Shown here: one piece after another, positions 1-10,584 of the stretch | Layout: every line of letters starts with the position of its first letter | Position numbering within the stretch: position 1 is the stretch's first letter | Source: Patescibacteria group bacterium | Lineage (GTDB): Bacteria > Patescibacteriota > Patescibacteriia > JAXHNJ01 | Direction of reading: 5' to 3' | Length of the DNA stretch: 64,000 bases | Assembly (NCBI GenBank): GCA_041649715.1 | Contig: JBAZMP010000002.1 | Coordinates: 68,964-132,963 of the forward strand | Position numbers and translations under genes: made by a program | The notes under the pieces: model-generated | Databases searched by the model: none | Told to the model about the DNA's origin: nothing | What the model saw: the letters and a program-made list of their open reading frames with translations, nothing else

Positions 1-435
1 AATTTTCTTTATTTTACCCATCAGGAGCGTCTTTTTAAATATTTTTTCAAGGACTTCTTTAGTGATTACGCCCAGGGAAAGAATGAGCCGGGGTTTATAG
101 TGATTTATTTGTTTGAGCAAATGATTGGCGCACAATAATCCGCATTTTGATAGTATTTTTCTGTTTTTGCCTAGGTAACATTTGGCAATTTCCGTAAACG
201 CGCATTCTTCGAAAGTCACGCCTATTAAGGAAAGTTCTTTATTTAGACGTTTCCCAGTGGGAACTATCTTGTTTTCCAAAGTGTAGAATGCTTTACCGGA
301 TTTAAGCCAGCCATTTTTTGCCAGAGATTCTCCTAATATCAGTATTTTTTTGCCCTGTTTGCTAGTTCCTCTTTGGAAGAAAAAAGTTACGGATTTTGAG
401 TTTATTTCTTTACAGTGATGGATTTCTTGAGCCAT
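1..435 (-). CDS. Uracil-DNA glycosylase superfamily protein (3' end outside window)
   Basis: Manual translation from ATG 435: MAQEIHHCKEI...ILILGESLAKNGW...FTEIAKC...C..HLLKQINHYKPRLILSLG, matching UDG family 4/5-like motifs. Confidence 0.65.
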   Translation of the reverse strand, partial: MAQEIHHCKEINSKSVTFFFQRGTSKQGKKILILGESLAKNGWLKSGKAFYTLENKIVPTGKRLNKELSLIGVTFEECAFTEIAKCYLGKNRKILSKCGLLCANHLLKQINHYKPRLILSLGVITKEVLEKIFKKTLLMGKIKKI

Positions 436-464
436 AAAAAGTGGAATATATTTAAGAAAATATT

Positions 465-1820
465 TTATTGGCTCAAGCTAAACGACGGGTTGCTTAAACC
501 TTGCCAGTCATGGCTTGCCGGGCTGCCGCCTTCATCCTGCCGGTTTGGGCCGACGGAATAAATCAGTTTCTGCTCAGCGGAATAAAGAAGCGATTGTCCG
601 CTGTACGGGTCTTCCGGCACGGCCTCCAGATATTTCGGCACTAATTCCGATAAACTGGTTGGGAGGCGATTATTGTCAATTTCGAAGGCGCGGACAGCCA
701 GCGTCGTTTGGGTGGCGTAGACGGCCAGGGATTCATTGCAGCGTTTGGCGGGTAGTCCTCCCAAGGAAATTTCGCCTTGAGAAATCAGTAATTTGCCGAT
801 GGCATTGGGAGTGAAAAACCATGAAAGGGCAGGATAAACTTTCGGAAAGGTCAGCGGAGGGTTGAAATCAACCGTGGCGCAGTCAGCCTCGTAGTTTTTA
901 ACCCCGTTATTTATGATTTCATACTGAAAGCGCAGGGTCTGATTCGGGTGATAATAAAATTTCGTTAAGCCGGTGTAATCAAGAAAAGTGCCCCAGACAG
1001 AATCTTTCTGGTTTTCCTGTCCAGTGGCGGCGTCAAAACTCAGACTGTACGAGCCCAGCAATGGCCCGAGCCGGGTATATTTCTGCCAGTAACTTTTTAA
1101 AGAGGCATATTCCATTTTTAAGGCTACGACCTGGCCTTGGCGGGAATCGTTAAAACTCAGCAGTTTTTGCGCCATGTCTTTGGCTTGGGCCGCCGTAATA
1201 TTACTATTGAGTGCGATCTGGCGCAAAGCGGTCAGACCCGTTTGCTTGATACTGTTGGCCACCAGATAACCGATAACAGGATTTAAGTCGTATTCCATGA
1301 GCTGACTTAATTTAACCACATCTAACGCCTCATTTAACCCGCCATCAACGTCTCCTGATCTTGCTTTTGATTCGGCTTCTAAGGCCACAACTTGAGCCGC
1401 TTGTCGATAAGAAGAATAATCCGGAATAATCAAGGTATCAAAATCAATCGCTCCCGGGTCAGCAAAGCTGGGGTCCTGGAAATCTGTTTTGCCCGCCGCC
1501 TGCCGGAAAAGGGTGATGTCGTCGGCGTGCTGGCTGATGATTTCAGTGGCAAAAGTTTCATTGGCTTTAAAGTCATTTACCGCTTCGGCTAATTTTGGAT
1601 CAGGTTCAGCCGGGAACGAATTAGAATCTTCAATTTTCTGCATTTCCACGAAAGCATTATACTGATCGGCAATTTCTATTTTTGGCAGCGCTAATGAAGA
1701 GTCATCTGGTTTTTGTTCATCAGGAAACAAAATATTCATTAATAAATAAAAAGCCATTAGCAAGGCCAGGGGAATCCCGATAATAAGCAGGGAAATTGGA
1801 ATGAGACGGTGATGTTTCAT
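465..1820 (-). CDS. Hypothetical membrane-anchored protein with a C-terminal GspG/pseudopilin-like motif
   Basis: N-terminal TM helix after MKHHRL (start 1820 preferred over 1880); C-terminal LPTSLSELVPKYLEAVPEDPYSGQ...YSVGPN. Confidence 0.6.
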   Translation of the reverse strand: MKHHRLIPISLLIIGIPLALLMAFYLLMNILFPDEQKPDDSSLALPKIEIADQYNAFVEMQKIEDSNSFPAEPDPKLAEAVNDFKANETFATEIISQHADDITLFRQAAGKTDFQDPSFADPGAIDFDTLIIPDYSSYRQAAQVVALEAESKARSGDVDGGLNEALDVVKLSQLMEYDLNPVIGYLVANSIKQTGLTALRQIALNSNITAAQAKDMAQKLLSFNDSRQGQVVALKMEYASLKSYWQKYTRLGPLLGSYSLSFDAATGQENQKDSVWGTFLDYTGLTKFYYHPNQTLRFQYEIINNGVKNYEADCATVDFNPPLTFPKVYPALSWFFTPNAIGKLLISQGEISLGGLPAKRCNESLAVYATQTTLAVRAFEIDNNRLPTSLSELVPKYLEAVPEDPYSGQSLLYSAEQKLIYSVGPNRQDEGGSPASHDWQGLSNPSFSLSQ

Positions 1821-1872
1821 AATATCTACATTATTTTTTAGAGCGCGATTTGAGACACTTGGGTCGGAGATC

Positions 1873-2589
1873 CTATCCACTCAAAGCTTTCCGTTTCATT
1901 TTTTTAGGCAATTTCTCTATCGCATATCTTAAAGCAACACGAGGCATGATAAATCTTTTTTTCATCACATAAGCAAATACTTCATCACGAAATTGCTTGC
2001 TAGCTTCTTTTAACATCCAGCCGTAGCCCTTTTGCACTAAATCCTCGTTATCTTGCAAGAGTAAATTTGCTACACCAATGGTTTCTTGTAAATATTTTCC
2101 TTTGCGTAAGGAATAGATTAAAACGACTGCGGAAGCACGACGAAACCATTTATTGGATGACTTAGCCCATCGTTTTGTTCGTGGCAATAATTTTGGAAAC
2201 TGGAAAACGAGGCTGCCAAATGCATGTGTACATAGATCATCGCAACTACCCCAAGTAGTTACATAGCTCTTAAGCCAGCTTTCATAAATTTTAAAATCTT
2301 CTTTTTGATATTGTTTTTTAATTCTAAAGGCCCAATCGAATGCAATATCCTGACAACCACTATCGTTAATTTCTAATAATTTTTCGCATAAAGAAAAAAT
2401 TTGCTTCTTATTTATATTCTTTACCTCCTTAAAATATTTAGAGGATAGTTTTCTTACTAAAGGAGTGGCAATTCCAACATGGGTTTTTCTGTCTTTATGG
2501 AATCTTGAATAATCCTTAATGTTTCTTGGGTTCTTAGCTAACCTCTTTAATTCTAATTTGATTTTATCTAAAATTTTTATAGATCTCAT
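1873..2589 (-). CDS. DNA alkylation repair protein (AlkD-like)
   Basis: TWGSCDDLC, WAKSSNKWFRRAS and DLVQKGYGWMLKE motifs; AT-rich. Confidence 0.85.
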   Translation of the reverse strand: MRSIKILDKIKLELKRLAKNPRNIKDYSRFHKDRKTHVGIATPLVRKLSSKYFKEVKNINKKQIFSLCEKLLEINDSGCQDIAFDWAFRIKKQYQKEDFKIYESWLKSYVTTWGSCDDLCTHAFGSLVFQFPKLLPRTKRWAKSSNKWFRRASAVVLIYSLRKGKYLQETIGVANLLLQDNEDLVQKGYGWMLKEASKQFRDEVFAYVMKKRFIMPRVALRYAIEKLPKKMKRKALSG

Positions 2590-2630
2590 ATATTTCTGGT
2601 TATTCGGGTCTGTCCGATACTAAGTTCTCT

Positions 2631-2715
2631 TGGCGGAGGAAGTGAAATTATTTGCAGAGCGGAGGAGGTGAGATTCTCTATCCGAGGCGGGTGCGCCTTG
2701 GGCGCAGAACTTACG
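2631..2715 (-). pseudogene. Two degenerate tRNA 3'-end remnants, one interrupted by a 30-bp insertion
   Basis: TGGCGGAGGAAGTGAAATT (2631-2649) and GCGGAGGAGGTGAGATTC[30 bp]GAACTT resemble the reverse complement of a T-arm plus acceptor end. Confidence 0.55.
2677..2706. repeat. 30-bp twin-hairpin insertion, copy 1
   Basis: TCTATCCGAGGCGGG-TGCGCCTTGGGCGCA; removing it restores GAGATTCGAAC. Confidence 0.7.
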
Positions 2716-2738
2716 ACTAGATTTAATATTCCGCTAAG

Positions 2739-2825
2739 CGGAGACGGGAGGATTCGAACCTCCGAGACCCGTAAAGGTCTACCGCATTTCGAGTGCGGCC
2801 CATTCGACCGCTCTGGCACGTCTCC
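2739..2825 (-). tRNA. tRNA-Ser(CGA)
   Basis: GGAGACG acceptor stem, CCGCA-CT-CGA-AA-TGCGG anticodon arm, long variable arm, GGTTCGAATCC. Confidence 0.95.
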
Positions 2826-2838
2826 GCTCAGCGGGCTA

Positions 2839-3273
2839 TTAAGATTTTTTAATATTTAAATTATCTTTTATCCTCCCGTATTTTTTTATTGCCGGCCATT
2901 TCTTGCCGGGATCTCCTTTTATCAAGCCCCCGAATATTTTCGCCTCATTATTCAGTTTCAATCTTTCCGATAATTCATTTAGGTGGGGAAAAAAGGAGGA
3001 TTCAGCCTCGCTGTTTACATTGAAATCGTAACCGACATAAAAATAAATATCTTCTTTATCATCCACAATTCCCCGGACAATTTTATTCATCAGGGAATCA
3101 TTTTCTTTAGTAATCCAGCCTTCTTTTTCAAACCAAGACGCATGGGAATAGGGCAAGGCAGGTTCGGCAACAAATAATTTATCATTATATATGGCAAATA
3201 ATCTTCGGCTCCGGTGAAAAGCTTTTATTTTTTCATCTTCCTTAAAACCATATTTTTTTTCGAAAGTATCCAT
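2839..3273 (-). CDS. Hypothetical protein
   Basis: 144-aa ORF translationally coupled to the upstream methyltransferase. Confidence 0.7.
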   Translation of the reverse strand: MDTFEKKYGFKEDEKIKAFHRSRRLFAIYNDKLFVAEPALPYSHASWFEKEGWITKENDSLMNKIVRGIVDDKEDIYFYVGYDFNVNSEAESSFFPHLNELSERLKLNNEAKIFGGLIKGDPGKKWPAIKKYGRIKDNLNIKKS

Positions 3274-3824
3274 TATTTCTGGTAAATATTTATTTTACTC
3301 CCGTTTGGCTTATCTGGATTGGCAATAATTTCTTTCGTTTTCCAATTGGGAAATTTGAAGCCGTAAGAAATAACTTGTGCCCCGGGTTTCAATTCTTCCA
3401 GTAATTTTTTCTCCAGTTTTGGCATAACGGAATGGATGAGGAAGCAGAAAATAATATCCGCTTCAGAAAGCCTTGCATTATAGAAATTTCCCCGTTTTAA
3501 GTCAATATCCAGCTTTGATCTTTTGATCTGGCGCTTAGCCATAAGGAACGGCCACCAGGCTAACTCGTAGCCAACGGCTTTTATTTTCGGATATTTCTTT
3601 TTCAAAGCGACTAAAAACCGGGCATCACCGCAGCCCAAATCATAGACCACGGCGCTATCTTTAAAAGCCAGATTATTTATTATATAATTGATCGCCCAGA
3701 CTGGCGTGGCGACATAAGGCACTTTGATCTTTAAAAGGGCGTAGAGATTATTCAGGAAAAAAGCCAAGATTATTATGGTGACGAATAAGAGGAAATAAAG
3801 GATAGTTATAATTAACGCGCTCAT
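3273..3824 (-). CDS. Class I SAM-dependent methyltransferase with N-terminal TM helix
   Basis: VPYVAT, VYDLGCGDAR, ELKPGAQVIS motifs; start at MSALII. Confidence 0.85.
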   Translation of the reverse strand: MSALIITILYFLLFVTIIILAFFLNNLYALLKIKVPYVATPVWAINYIINNLAFKDSAVVYDLGCGDARFLVALKKKYPKIKAVGYELAWWPFLMAKRQIKRSKLDIDLKRGNFYNARLSEADIIFCFLIHSVMPKLEKKLLEELKPGAQVISYGFKFPNWKTKEIIANPDKPNGSKINIYQK

Positions 3825-3825
3825 T

Positions 3826-5079
3826 TTAAAATAAACTTTTTTGTCCTTTTTCTTTTGTTCCCTCTTCGGAAAAAACTTTGACCGTGCCATAAACGCCGTC
3901 ATAGCCGGGCAGGATGGTCAGTTTTTTCTCGCGGACTTTCTGGATGCCTTCGGCGATTTCCGGCCGGGTCATTTTCATTATCTCTGCCGAGGGTAAATTT
4001 ATCAAAATATTGAATTCGTTTTTTCCCTGTCTGATCAGATTTTCGTATTCTTGGCGGACGCTTTTGGTTTTGACGCCCGTTCCCAACGCTTCGCCGATAA
4101 TCTGTTCAAGGGGGACCAGGCTTTTAAAGGGCGGACGGTCGGAGGGGTCATAATTTTCCGGCCGATCGGCCAATTTTTCCACGCGGCTGGCTACGCCGAC
4201 CGTCAATCTTTTTCCGCATTTCGGGCAGAGACTGTTCGCCTTTATCGTTTCTTTCGGCGAGAACCTGACCTGGCAGGCACGGTGCCCATCCCAGTGATAT
4301 TTTCCCTCTTCAGGAAAAAATTCAATGGTATGGGCGATTTTATTTTTCGGATCATTTTCCCGGAGGGCTTTAAGGATATTATTGTAAGAAAGATTTTCCA
4401 GCTCAAATACGGTTGCTTCCCGACCCAAGTTGGCCAGGGAGTGCGCATCCGAATTAGAAACGATTTTTTTAGAATCCAGCTGGGAAAGCCGCCAATTCAT
4501 GTTTGGATCGGAAGAAAGGCCGGTTTCCACGGCGTAAATTTTATCCGATAATTCGTCAAAGCATTCGGTCAGAGTGTCAAAACCGGATTCGGAGCCGAAC
4601 AAAGAAAACCAAGGGGTCCAGACATGGGCGGGTATGACGAGGCATTCCGGGGAAGCTCCCAAAACAATTTTGGCCAGTTCCTTGGCGTCCAATCCCAGAA
4701 TCGGCCGGCCATCACTTTTCAGATTGCCCACCCAGGAAAGCTGAGTGTTGATTTTTTCCACGGCGGCTAAATCCGGAGCGAAGACGACTAAGTGGATGCG
4801 TCGGCCTTTGCCGTTTTTGGTGTAGATACAGCTGATTTCCGTGGAAAGCAAAAAATGAATGGGAGAGTCGCTACCCTTTAATTTATATAAACCGTTGTCT
4901 TGGGGGGCTAGCTTTTCTTTAAGTTCGGCGGCCCAGGCTGGGTGGGTGAAATCTGCCGTGCCCAGTACATCGATCCCTTTTATTTTTCCCCAAACCGCAA
5001 AGTTTTCCAAATTCATGTCCGGCGAAACAGCCCGGGAAAATTTGGAGTGAAAATGTAAATCCGCGATGAATTTTGGCAT
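3826..5079 (-). CDS. PHP-domain endonuclease Q family protein
   Basis: ADLHFHSKFSRA, GTADFTHP, PAHVWTPWFS, SNSDAHS, GKYHWDGHRAC, CPKCG, PGYDGVYG. Confidence 0.88.
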   Translation of the reverse strand: MPKFIADLHFHSKFSRAVSPDMNLENFAVWGKIKGIDVLGTADFTHPAWAAELKEKLAPQDNGLYKLKGSDSPIHFLLSTEISCIYTKNGKGRRIHLVVFAPDLAAVEKINTQLSWVGNLKSDGRPILGLDAKELAKIVLGASPECLVIPAHVWTPWFSLFGSESGFDTLTECFDELSDKIYAVETGLSSDPNMNWRLSQLDSKKIVSNSDAHSLANLGREATVFELENLSYNNILKALRENDPKNKIAHTIEFFPEEGKYHWDGHRACQVRFSPKETIKANSLCPKCGKRLTVGVASRVEKLADRPENYDPSDRPPFKSLVPLEQIIGEALGTGVKTKSVRQEYENLIRQGKNEFNILINLPSAEIMKMTRPEIAEGIQKVREKKLTILPGYDGVYGTVKVFSEEGTKEKGQKSLF

Positions 5080-5184
5080 AAAATAAGTGAAATTTTATGG
5101 CTTCAGTTTACCATTTTATTGGGTATTTCTCAAATAAAAAGAGGCCTTATCTCGCCTGCTCGTGTAGTTAAAAGAATATAGTTT

Positions 5185-6063
5185 TTATTTTTGATGTGGA
5201 GCTAATATTTTATAAACTTCTTTTGAATTCTCACTAAATAACGCCGCATAAATTTTCTTAGCGACTTCAATGGGATGAGCGTAAATTGGTAAATGTCCTG
5301 ACCACATTTTAGTGCGTCTGCTGATTTCATTTACATTCTTTCTTACAAAAGGATTATCATACATGCCAGTGTCAATAGCGCCTGGTCTAATATCAATTAT
5401 TGTTATTCCCTCATCTTTTAATTCTCTTTTTATTCCCTCAATGTATCCGGCTAATGCATGTTTTGCCGCAACATGGGTTGTGCCAAAATGATAGCCTCTT
5501 TCATCAGACATTGAAGTTATTATAGCTATCTTCGCTTTTCGCTTATTTTTAATTTGTTGTCGAAATACCGGCACCATCTTTAGCATTAATCTATGAGTGG
5601 CAGTGACGATGCCCATTTCCGTGGCGATTAATTCGGGCACAATTTGCTCAAATGGTAAATATATATTATCGTTGGGAATTTTGTAAGTTCCGCCACCAAC
5701 CCCGATAGATTGCACCCAATAAAAATATGACTTTTTTGGCAATTTCTTTGTTAGACGCTCTACGCCTTCGTTAGTGGTAAGGTCAGCCGCAATGTATGAA
5801 AATTTTTCTTTTTTACAGCCGAGTTTTATTAAGCCCTGTTTTATCTCTTCCAAATGTTTAGCTGTTCTTGAAACCATAATAACATTTATGCCTCTTTTAG
5901 CGAGATAATAAGCGGTGGCGGTGCCAATATTCATTTTGTGGTTTGTCCCATTAATAGGAATATTATCGTGTGACGGCTTATTCTGATATTTATAAACATA
6001 TCTAATCGGTTTAGAACCGCAGCCAGTGATAATAACTTTTAAGTTGTTATTTTTATTTCGCAT
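5185..6063 (-). CDS. Atypical SDR family oxidoreductase
   Basis: VIITG...IGTATAYYLA, HVAAKHALAG, IRPGAIDTGM; AT-rich; alternative start 6087. Confidence 0.75.
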   Translation of the reverse strand: MRNKNNNLKVIITGCGSKPIRYVYKYQNKPSHDNIPINGTNHKMNIGTATAYYLAKRGINVIMVSRTAKHLEEIKQGLIKLGCKKEKFSYIAADLTTNEGVERLTKKLPKKSYFYWVQSIGVGGGTYKIPNDNIYLPFEQIVPELIATEMGIVTATHRLMLKMVPVFRQQIKNKRKAKIAIITSMSDERGYHFGTTHVAAKHALAGYIEGIKRELKDEGITIIDIRPGAIDTGMYDNPFVRKNVNEISRRTKMWSGHLPIYAHPIEVAKKIYAALFSENSKEVYKILAPHQK

Positions 6064-6168
6064 AGTATTATTTGCTAATAATATCATATACTAATTTTTC
6101 ATCCCCGTCCATTTATCTATTTCTTGTTATATATTCAAAAACCCTTTATAATTATATAAAGAAAATTT

Positions 6169-6567
6169 ATGGAAACCAGAAAAAAACATAGTATCTTTAT
6201 TGTCTTCTTTGATGTTTTCACGGTCATCATTTGGTTTTTGCTACTTTTGGAATTTTTTACCCGAGAGGTGATTTATCTGCCGACGGTTTTAACCTCCGCC
6301 TACATTTTGTTGCTGACTTTTTACGCCTCGGATAAAGAGATCCGGCGCTGGCGGAAGAAATTGAGAGGAGAAAGACACGGAGAATTCTTCGTCTTTTTAT
6401 GGATGTTAACCCTGATTCTAATCTTAAGTTTCTATCTTTTTTACGGCCAAAAAGTGGGCTACATCATCCCGCGTGATCTGGCGACTATCACCGGTTCAGT
6501 TTTTGTCATTTATATCATCACGGATATATTTAAGGAGGAATTTCAAAAGAAAATAAAAAAGCAATAA
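6169..6567 (+). CDS. Hypothetical 4-TM membrane protein
   Basis: 132-aa ORF with four hydrophobic segments. Confidence 0.75.
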   Translation: METRKKHSIFIVFFDVFTVIIWFLLLLEFFTREVIYLPTVLTSAYILLLTFYASDKEIRRWRKKLRGERHGEFFVFLWMLTLILILSFYLFYGQKVGYIIPRDLATITGSVFVIYIITDIFKEEFQKKIKKQ

Positions 6568-6582
6568 AAAAAGAGAGACAAG

Positions 6583-6702
6583 GTCCTGGCGATGGCCTAC
6601 TTTCCCCCGGGGATATACCCCAAGTATCATGAGCGCTGAAGGGCTTAACGACCGTGTTCGGAATGGGAACGGGTGTGGCCCCTTCGCTTGAATCACCAGG
6701 AC
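6583..6702 (-). rRNA. rrf: 5S rRNA
   Basis: CACCCGTTCCCATTCCGAACACGG motif; flanks AAAAGAGAGACA / TGTCTCTCTTTT form a processing stem. Confidence 0.95.
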
Positions 6703-7047
6703 TCTGTCTCTCTTTTGTATATTTTAAAATAAAAGGCAATATAAAGAATCATTGATGAATCCCAATCGCGAGTAAATCGGAAATCGCCGATTAGTATGGC
6801 TTGGCTTAAATCCTTGCGGATCTTACACCTGCCACCTATTAACCTGGTCATCTTCCAGGCGGCTAATAAGGAAACCTAATCTTGAAGGAGGTTTCACGCT
6901 TATATGCTTTCAGCGTTTATCCTCGCCGAACGTAGCTACTGAACAATGCTCTTGGCAGAACAGCTCATAGACTAGAGGTTCGTTTTTCCCGGTCCTCTCG
7001 TACTAGGGAAAAGTCTTCGCAAGTTTCCAGACGCCCACGGTAGATAG

Positions 7048-7084
<37 letters not shown>

Positions 7085-7130
7085 ACGTACCGCTTTAATT
7101 GGCGAACAGCCAAACCCTTGGGAGCTTCTC

Positions 7131-7171
<41 letters not shown>

Positions 7172-7393
7172 GGATCGTCGATGTGGACTCTTGGATCCGA
7201 TCAGCCTGTTATCCCCGGAGTAACTTTTATCCGATGAGCTTCTTCGATCCTACAATCGAAAGTCGGATCACTAAGTTCTACTTTCGTAACTGCGCGACTT
7301 GTCAGTCTTGCAGTAAAGCTGGCTTATGCCTTTGCGCTATCAGCTGGATTTCCAAACCAGCCTAGCCAACCTTAGTAAACGCCTCCGTTACAT

Positions 7394-7428
<35 letters not shown>

Positions 7429-7679
7429 AGACACTGTCTTCTCAACCTGATATAAGGTCGAGAGTTAGAATTAAACGTAAATTAGAGTGGTATTTCATTG
7501 GTGACTCCACCCCGCCCGAAAGCAGGGTTTCGTAGTCTCCCACCTATGCTAAGCAAACGCACACTTAATTCAATGCCAAGTTGTAGTAAAGCTTCACGGG
7601 GTCTTTTCGTCCAGCCGCGGGAAACGAGCATCTTTACTCGTCTTGTAATTTCGCCGAGTCCCTCGTTGAGAGAGTTTTC

Positions 7680-7759
<80 letters not shown>

Positions 7760-9212
7760 GCGTTCATCAGCGCTTCGGTTCGGTGCTTTCACACCTCCCC
7801 TTAACGTTCTGACACTGGCCAGGCATCAGCCCCTATACATAGCCTTTCGGCTTGAGCAGGGACCTAAGTTTTTGGTAAACAGTCGCTTGAAATCATTAAC
7901 TTTGACCCCTGGTTTCTTGCGAAACCGGGGTAGGCCATATACCGAAGGTACGGCCACTGTATTGCCGAGTTCCTAAACGAGGGTTGTCTCGTACACCTTA
8001 GCAGATTGACTGCCCACTCACCTGTGTCGGTTTACGGTACGGTCATCTTGTTTATGAATCTTAAAATCTTTTCTTGACACTAACGCCACGAGAATTGGGT
8101 CGACCTTGCGGTTTTCCCGGCCGTCTTCCCCCACTAATTTTGCAACCGACTTCGATATTGAAATTTCAGAATTACTTTGAATTATTGTTTCAATTCATTT
8201 TATTTGTCAGTGGCAAAATAAGTGGGGGATAACGACGCGTATAGCCAAAACACGTTCCCGCTTAATCAATGCGTCAACTTTAAGAAAAAACAAGACAGTG
8301 CCGGAATATTAACCGGCTGTCCATCGGCTACGCTTTAACGCCTCGCCTTAGGACCGACTAACCCTGGGTCGAGTCGCGTTGCCCAGGAAACCTTGAGTTT
8401 TCGGTGTCAGGGATTTTCACCCTGATTTTTGCTACTTATGCCAACATTCTCTCTTCCATGTCCTCCATCCCGCTTTACAGCGTGGACTTCGATGAACATG
8501 GAATGCTCCTCTACCACTCCTATTTATAAATAAATAAGAGTCCACATCTTCGGTATTAGACTTAGCCCCTATACATTGTTAGCGCAAAGTGACTTGACTA
8601 GTGAGCTGTTACGCTTTCTTTAAAGGATGGCTGCTTCTAAGCCAACCTCCTAGTTGTTTAAGTCACTCCACCACTTTTACACTTAGTCTAAATTTAGGGA
8701 CCTTAGATTGTGGTCATGGGCTGTATCCCTTTTGACCAATGGAGCTTAGCCCCCACGGTCTGACTCCCGTAATTCAATGAGTGGGATTCGGAGTTTGGTT
8801 GGATCTAGTAGGATTTCTCCATCTAAACCCATTCAGTGCTCTACCCCCACACAAGGATTTACGAGGCTAGCCCTCAAGCTATTTCGAGGAGAACCAGCTA
8901 TCGCCGAGTTCGATTGGAATTTCTCCCCTACCCACAACTCATCCCCTAGTGTTGCACAGCTAGTGGGTTCGGACCTCCCCCTTAATTTCTTAAGGGTTCA
9001 TCCTGGTCATGGGTAGCTCACCCGGCTTCGGGTCTATTCCATATAATTTTTTATAAGATAAGTAGAGAAAGCCTTTAAAAAAAGACTTCGCTACTTATCA
9101 AATAAATGACGCGTTTTCACGCTTGCTTTCACTTTGACTTCACTCTAGAAGAGTTTAGCCGAACTATATAGAAATAAGTCGTTGGCTCATTCTTCAATAG
9201 GCACGCCGTCAC

Positions 9213-9412
9213 CCCCGCATCTCGCTAGAGCTCGATCGCGGGAAGCTCCAAATCCCAATTTCCAAATCCCAAATAAATCTCAAATTCCAAATTCCAATTT
9301 TCAAAACCTTTTTATTAGGGTTTTGGTCATTTGAATTTTGGTCATTGGATATTATTTGGTAATTGGTGCTTGGTTTTTGGAATTTCCGTATCGAACGCAG
9401 TGAGATACGGGA
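9213..9412. mobile_element. Intervening sequence in 23S (helix 25 region) with a heptamer-palindrome core
   Basis: About 200 nt between GCACGCCGTCAC and GCTCCGACTGC; AAATTCC-type repeats followed by TTGGAATTT-type repeats. Confidence 0.75.
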
Positions 9413-9471
9413 GCTCCGACTGCTGGTAAGCGTATGGTTTCAGATACTATTTCATTCCCCTCACCGGGGTG

Positions 9472-9508
<37 letters not shown>

Positions 9509-9891
9509 ATCACTAAAAGTATTTAGCTTTGGCAAAGCCCGTCTTGCGACGGACATTTTTATAGTCTTGCCGGTTTCCTACGAGGTTTCTCGAGCCTCGT
9601 AGTACTTGAGATAAATACGGAAAAAGTTAATCTTCTTTCGCCGACGGGACTATCACCCTCTTTGGTCGCCCGTTCCAGGGCTGTTTGGCTAGAAAATAGT
9701 AACAGGATTTCCCGAAACTTTTCGGGAAATTCTACTACATGCGCTTTTTCTTTTCCGTCATAAGCGTAAAATAATGTAATTATCTCGCTACCCTCATAAA
9801 GCATAAGGGCTTATGACCCCTTCTACGAAAAATTCGCAGAAACTTTAAAAGTTTTAGCTGCTCCCTTTTCGCTCGCCACTACTTAGGGAAT

Positions 9892-9970
9892 GGGTTAGCC
9901 AATAGCATATAGCATATAGCATGTGGAAATTAATCCCCAAGCCATAAGCTATTAGCAATAAGCTAACGTT
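9892..9970. repeat. Insertion in 23S domain I with TAGCATA heptamer repeats
   Basis: GTTAGC...GCTAAC closing stem enclosing tandem ATAGCAT. Confidence 0.7.
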
Positions 9971-10469
9971 TTGGTTTCTTTTCCTCTGGGTACTAAGATG
10001 TTTCAGTTCCCCAGGTACACTTCCGTATCCTATGGATTCAGATACAGATGATTCGATCTTCCATCGAATCGGGTTTCCCCATTCGGACATCCCCGGATCA
10101 AAGGTTGCTTGCCACCTCCCCGAGGCTTATCGCAGGCTGCGACGTCCTTCTTCGTCTTTTAGTGTCTAGGCATCCACCATACGCTATATTTATCCCGATT
10201 TACTCGGGATCAGAATTCATTTTCACTTTAATACTAATAAGGAATTAGTATTAATAAGATGCTCTTTATTACTACCTTTTATTTATGCTGATTATTAAAT
10301 TGTCAAAGTTCTCCATTATCCTGATTATGAGATACAAAAAAGCCGCTTTTGGCGGCTTTCGCACCTTAAGATATAAGAAGGCGCAAATCAGCCGCTTTTT
10401 TGGGTAAGATTAAGGTTTTTTTGTACCATATTCTTTGTGGATAACTGCTAAAATAACTTAGCAAAAGTA

Positions 10470-10497
10470 ATTATAACTCATTTACGGGATTTGTCAA
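10470..10497 (-). promoter_or_regulatory. sigma70 promoter of the 23S-5S unit
   Basis: TTGACA-N16-TATAAT; boxA-like AACTTTGACAATT near 10298-10310; DnaA box at 10436-10444. Confidence 0.75.
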
Positions 10498-10507
10498 ATA
10501 TACGGAG

Positions 10508-10557
10508 GTGTCGAGATATTTAGATATTGAGATCCGTGATTCGAGATTCGAATCTCC
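10508..10557. repeat. Octamer/heptamer tandem tract (GAGATATT type)
   Basis: GAGATATT TAGATATT GAGATCC GTGATTC GAGATTC. Confidence 0.6.
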
Positions 10558-10584
10558 TCGTAACGGACCCCCCCCATCTCATTT

